Part shown: one piece after another, positions 61,255 to 64,000 of the stretch
How the letters are laid out: the number at the start of each line of letters is the position of its first letter
Position numbering within the stretch: the stretch's first letter is position 1
Assembly: GCA_002269645.1 (NCBI GenBank)
Contig: NIVC01000658.1
Coordinates: 310,001-374,000, forward strand
From: Macrostomum lignano
Taxonomy: Eukaryota
DNA length: 64,000 bases
Reading direction: 5' to 3'
The notes under the pieces: model-generated
Told to the model about the DNA's origin: nothing
The model's database searches: none
Seen by the model: the letters and a program-made list of their open reading frames with translations, nothing else
Program-made: the position numbers and the translations under genes

Positions 61255-62055
61255 CCGCTCCATCAGTGCTTGAGAATCTGCCTCTCTTCACCATCAGTGC
61301 TTGAGAATCTGCCTCTCCGCTCCCCCTCAGTGCTTGAGAATCTGCCTCTCCGCTCCCCCTCAGTGCTTGAGAATCTGCCTCTCTTCACCCTCAGTGCTTG
61401 AGAATTTGCCTCTCTGCTCCATCAGTGCTTGAGAATCTGCCTCTCCGCTCCCCCTCAGTGCTTGAGAATCTGCCTCTCTTCACCCTCAGTGCTTGAGAAT
61501 TTGCCTCTCTGCTCCATCAGTGCTTGAGAATCTGACTCTCTTCTCCCTCAGTGCTTGAGAATTTGCCTCTCTGCTCCATCAGTGCTTGAGAATCTGCCTC
61601 TCCGCTCTCCATCAGTGCTTGAGAATCTGCCTCTCCGCTCTCCATCAGTGCTTGAGAATCTGCCTCTCCGCTCCCCCTCAGTGCTTGAGAATCTGCCTCT
61701 CTTCTCCCTCAGTGCTTGAGAATCTGCCTCTCTGCTCCATCAGTGCTTGAGAATCTGCCTCTCCGCTCTCCATCAGTGCTTGAGAATCTGCCTCTCCGCT
61801 CTCCATCAGTGCTTGAGAATCTGCTTCTCCGCTCTCCATCAGTGCTTGAGAATCTGCCTCTCCGCTCTCCATCAGTGCTTGAGAATCTGCCTCTCCGCTC
61901 CCCCTCAGTGCTTGAGAATCTGCCTCTCTTCTCCCTCAGTGCTTGAGAATCTGCCTCTCTGCTCCATCAGTGCTTGAGAATCTGCCTCTCCGCTCTCCAT
62001 CAGTGCTTGAGAATCTGCCTCTCCGCTCTCCATCAGTGCTTGAGAATCTGCCTCT
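61255..62055. repeat. 31-33-bp repeat (TCAGTGCTTGAGAATCTGCCTCTCCGCTC...)n
   Basis: Visible tandem units. Confidence 0.96.
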
Positions 62056-62220
62056 CCCGTTATAACAACCGAACGGGACCGAAAGGTACACGCCGTGACC
62101 TCTCTTCTCTCTCTCTCTCTCTACCTCTCCCGTTATAACAACCGAACGGGACCGAAAGGTACACGCCGTGACCTCTCTTCTCTCTCTCTCTCTCTACCTC
62201 TCCCGTTATAACAACCGAAA
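62051..62220. repeat. 73-bp tandem repeat, about 2.3 copies
   Basis: Units start at 62051, 62124 and 62197. Confidence 0.92.
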
Positions 62221-63074
62221 GTGAGCAATTCACAGTCGCATCTTCATTTGTGCTCCCAGCATCACTCAATACGGCTTCCTCATCAGCCCAGACCCGCTCC
62301 ATCAGTACCCGCCTATTCTCTCAATACTGTCTGAAGCCGCCATTGGTCGAACAGCCCTGAAAAATTGCACTGAAAGCAGAAATCTTATTGGTTCAAAGCA
62401 GAGACCAGCTGAAAAATAATTCTCAGCTAAAAAGTAAAACATCTCTTCAACGCAGCATAGAAAAGCACTGGATGTCTGCAGCAGAAACCCTATTAAAGAA
62501 AACTAATGAGTCAACGGCCACCATTGTGAATCCTTTTTTATCAAACTATCAGGCTATCAAGTCATTTGTCTGAATGCCTGTCTGACTGTCTGTCTGAATC
62601 TCTTTAGAAGAAACAAGCGTTGCTGAAATTCAAGGTAAATAAAACTGCAATTTCTACAACAGGTAAGCAAAAGCTAGAGCAGCTGCCTCCCCTGAGCCGC
62701 ATCCGGGATTGCTCAGTGGCTGGCAGGAAGGCTGGCGGGAGGGATGGCTCTGCTGAGGCTGCTGCCAGCGCTCTGCGTCCTGCTGCCGCAGACGGTCCTC
62801 ATCGTTTGCGGCATCTCGCGTGAGTTCAAATCCGTGCCATTTTTCATTTTTATAACTTTATGAATGCTAGGGCAACTGTGCAAATGAAGCATTAGTGGCT
62901 TGCTACCTTTCCTGTTGGCAAGATTAGCAATCCATTCTATTCTGTTTTTGTCATAAATTAAAAAGCATCTTTCATGCAAAATGACAATGCCATGGACAAA
63001 TCATTTTATCATTTAATCGTACAAAATTTTCAACGACGCAGGTAGTTGAGGTTAATTCGCAAGGAAGCTTTCTT

Positions 63075-63610
63075 TATCTCTCCTCTTCTACCCCTAACTC
63101 TCCCCTTCTACCCCTTACTCTCCCCATCTACCCCCACTCTCCCCTTCTACCCCTTACTCCCCCATCTACCCCTAACTCCCCCCTTCTACCCTCACTCTCT
63201 CCTTCTACCCCTTACTCTCCCCTTCTACCCCTCACTCTCCTCTTCTACCCCTTACTCTCCTCTTCTACCCCTTACTCTCCCCATCTACCCCTAACTCTCC
63301 CCTTCTACCCTCACTCTCCCCTTCTACCCCTTACTCTCCCCTTCTACCCCTCAATCTCCTCTTCTACCCCTTACTCTCCTCTTCTAGCCCTTACTCTCCT
63401 CATCTACCCCATCACTCTCCCCTTCTACCTTTTACTCTCCCCATCTACCCCTAACTCTCCCCATCTACCCCTCACTCTCCTCTTCTACCCCTTACTCTCC
63501 CCTTCTACCTTTTACTCTCCCCTTCTACCCCTCACTCTCCCCTTCTACCCCTTACTCTCCCCATCTACCCTCCTCTCCTCTTCTACCCCTCCCTCTCCCC
63601 TTCTACCCTC
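63075..63610. repeat. Degenerate repeat of about 21 bp (CTCTCCCCTTCTACCCCTTAC)n
   Basis: Visible tandem units. Confidence 0.92.
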
Positions 63611-64000
63611 CCTCAATTCCCCATTCCCCCATAGTGCAGTCTTCCACAGTCTCCTCGCTCATGCCTCCAACCAAGGATGAATTCCTTAAAGAACAGTTTC
63701 TCATTCTCTAGCATTCTGTTGCTAGGCTGAGTTCTTTAGCAGTAGCAGCGAGCGGGAAAACCATGCATCCAGCCCACTTCAATAATGCTCAACGATCAGA
63801 GGGAATTTCAGTTGGATATTTTGTTGCATTGTGTGGAATTTAATTTGGCAAAGCTTAGCTTGGAAATTCGTTCGCATGTTTGCCGACTGGGGCATCCGGG
63901 ACTGTTATCAGAATAGGGAGCTTATCACCTCAGGGTGGCTGAAAATGTAAAGAGTCTTATTAATATTGAGCTGAATTCAGGCTAACCACCCTAATTAGCA

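Overview
Eukaryotic (invertebrate-animal-like) genomic DNA, roughly half of it micro- and minisatellite. The TTAGGG motif, GC-rich Ala/Gln/Pro-rich exons and intron-filling repeats resemble a Macrostomum-type flatworm, but that is inference only. The main gene is a minus-strand polypyrimidine-tract-binding protein gene (PTBP1/hephaestus family, 4 RRMs, about 14 exons, 11864-27820). Its 3' half is intact and includes a 34-nt exon equivalent to the vertebrate NMD-switch exon. Its 5' half carries a 1.49-kb and a 235-bp tandem duplication plus frameshifts, so it is either a decaying copy or a poor consensus. A second, unidentified minus-strand gene starts at 2670. Mobile elements: a near-complete Neptune-type Penelope-like element (RT + GIY-YIG) embedded in (TATC)n, nested RTE-like and I/Ingi-group LINE relics, a tRNA-headed SINE-like family with a structured body, an inverted-repeat element, and a 275-bp hAT-type MITE (14-bp TIR, 8-bp TSD) carrying 64 nt of the 28S rRNA R2/I-PpoI target with the cleavage core altered. 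That MITE is the most unusual feature found. Most long ORFs in the supplied track are translations of repeats. All alignments and motif calls were made by eye; no database searches were run.
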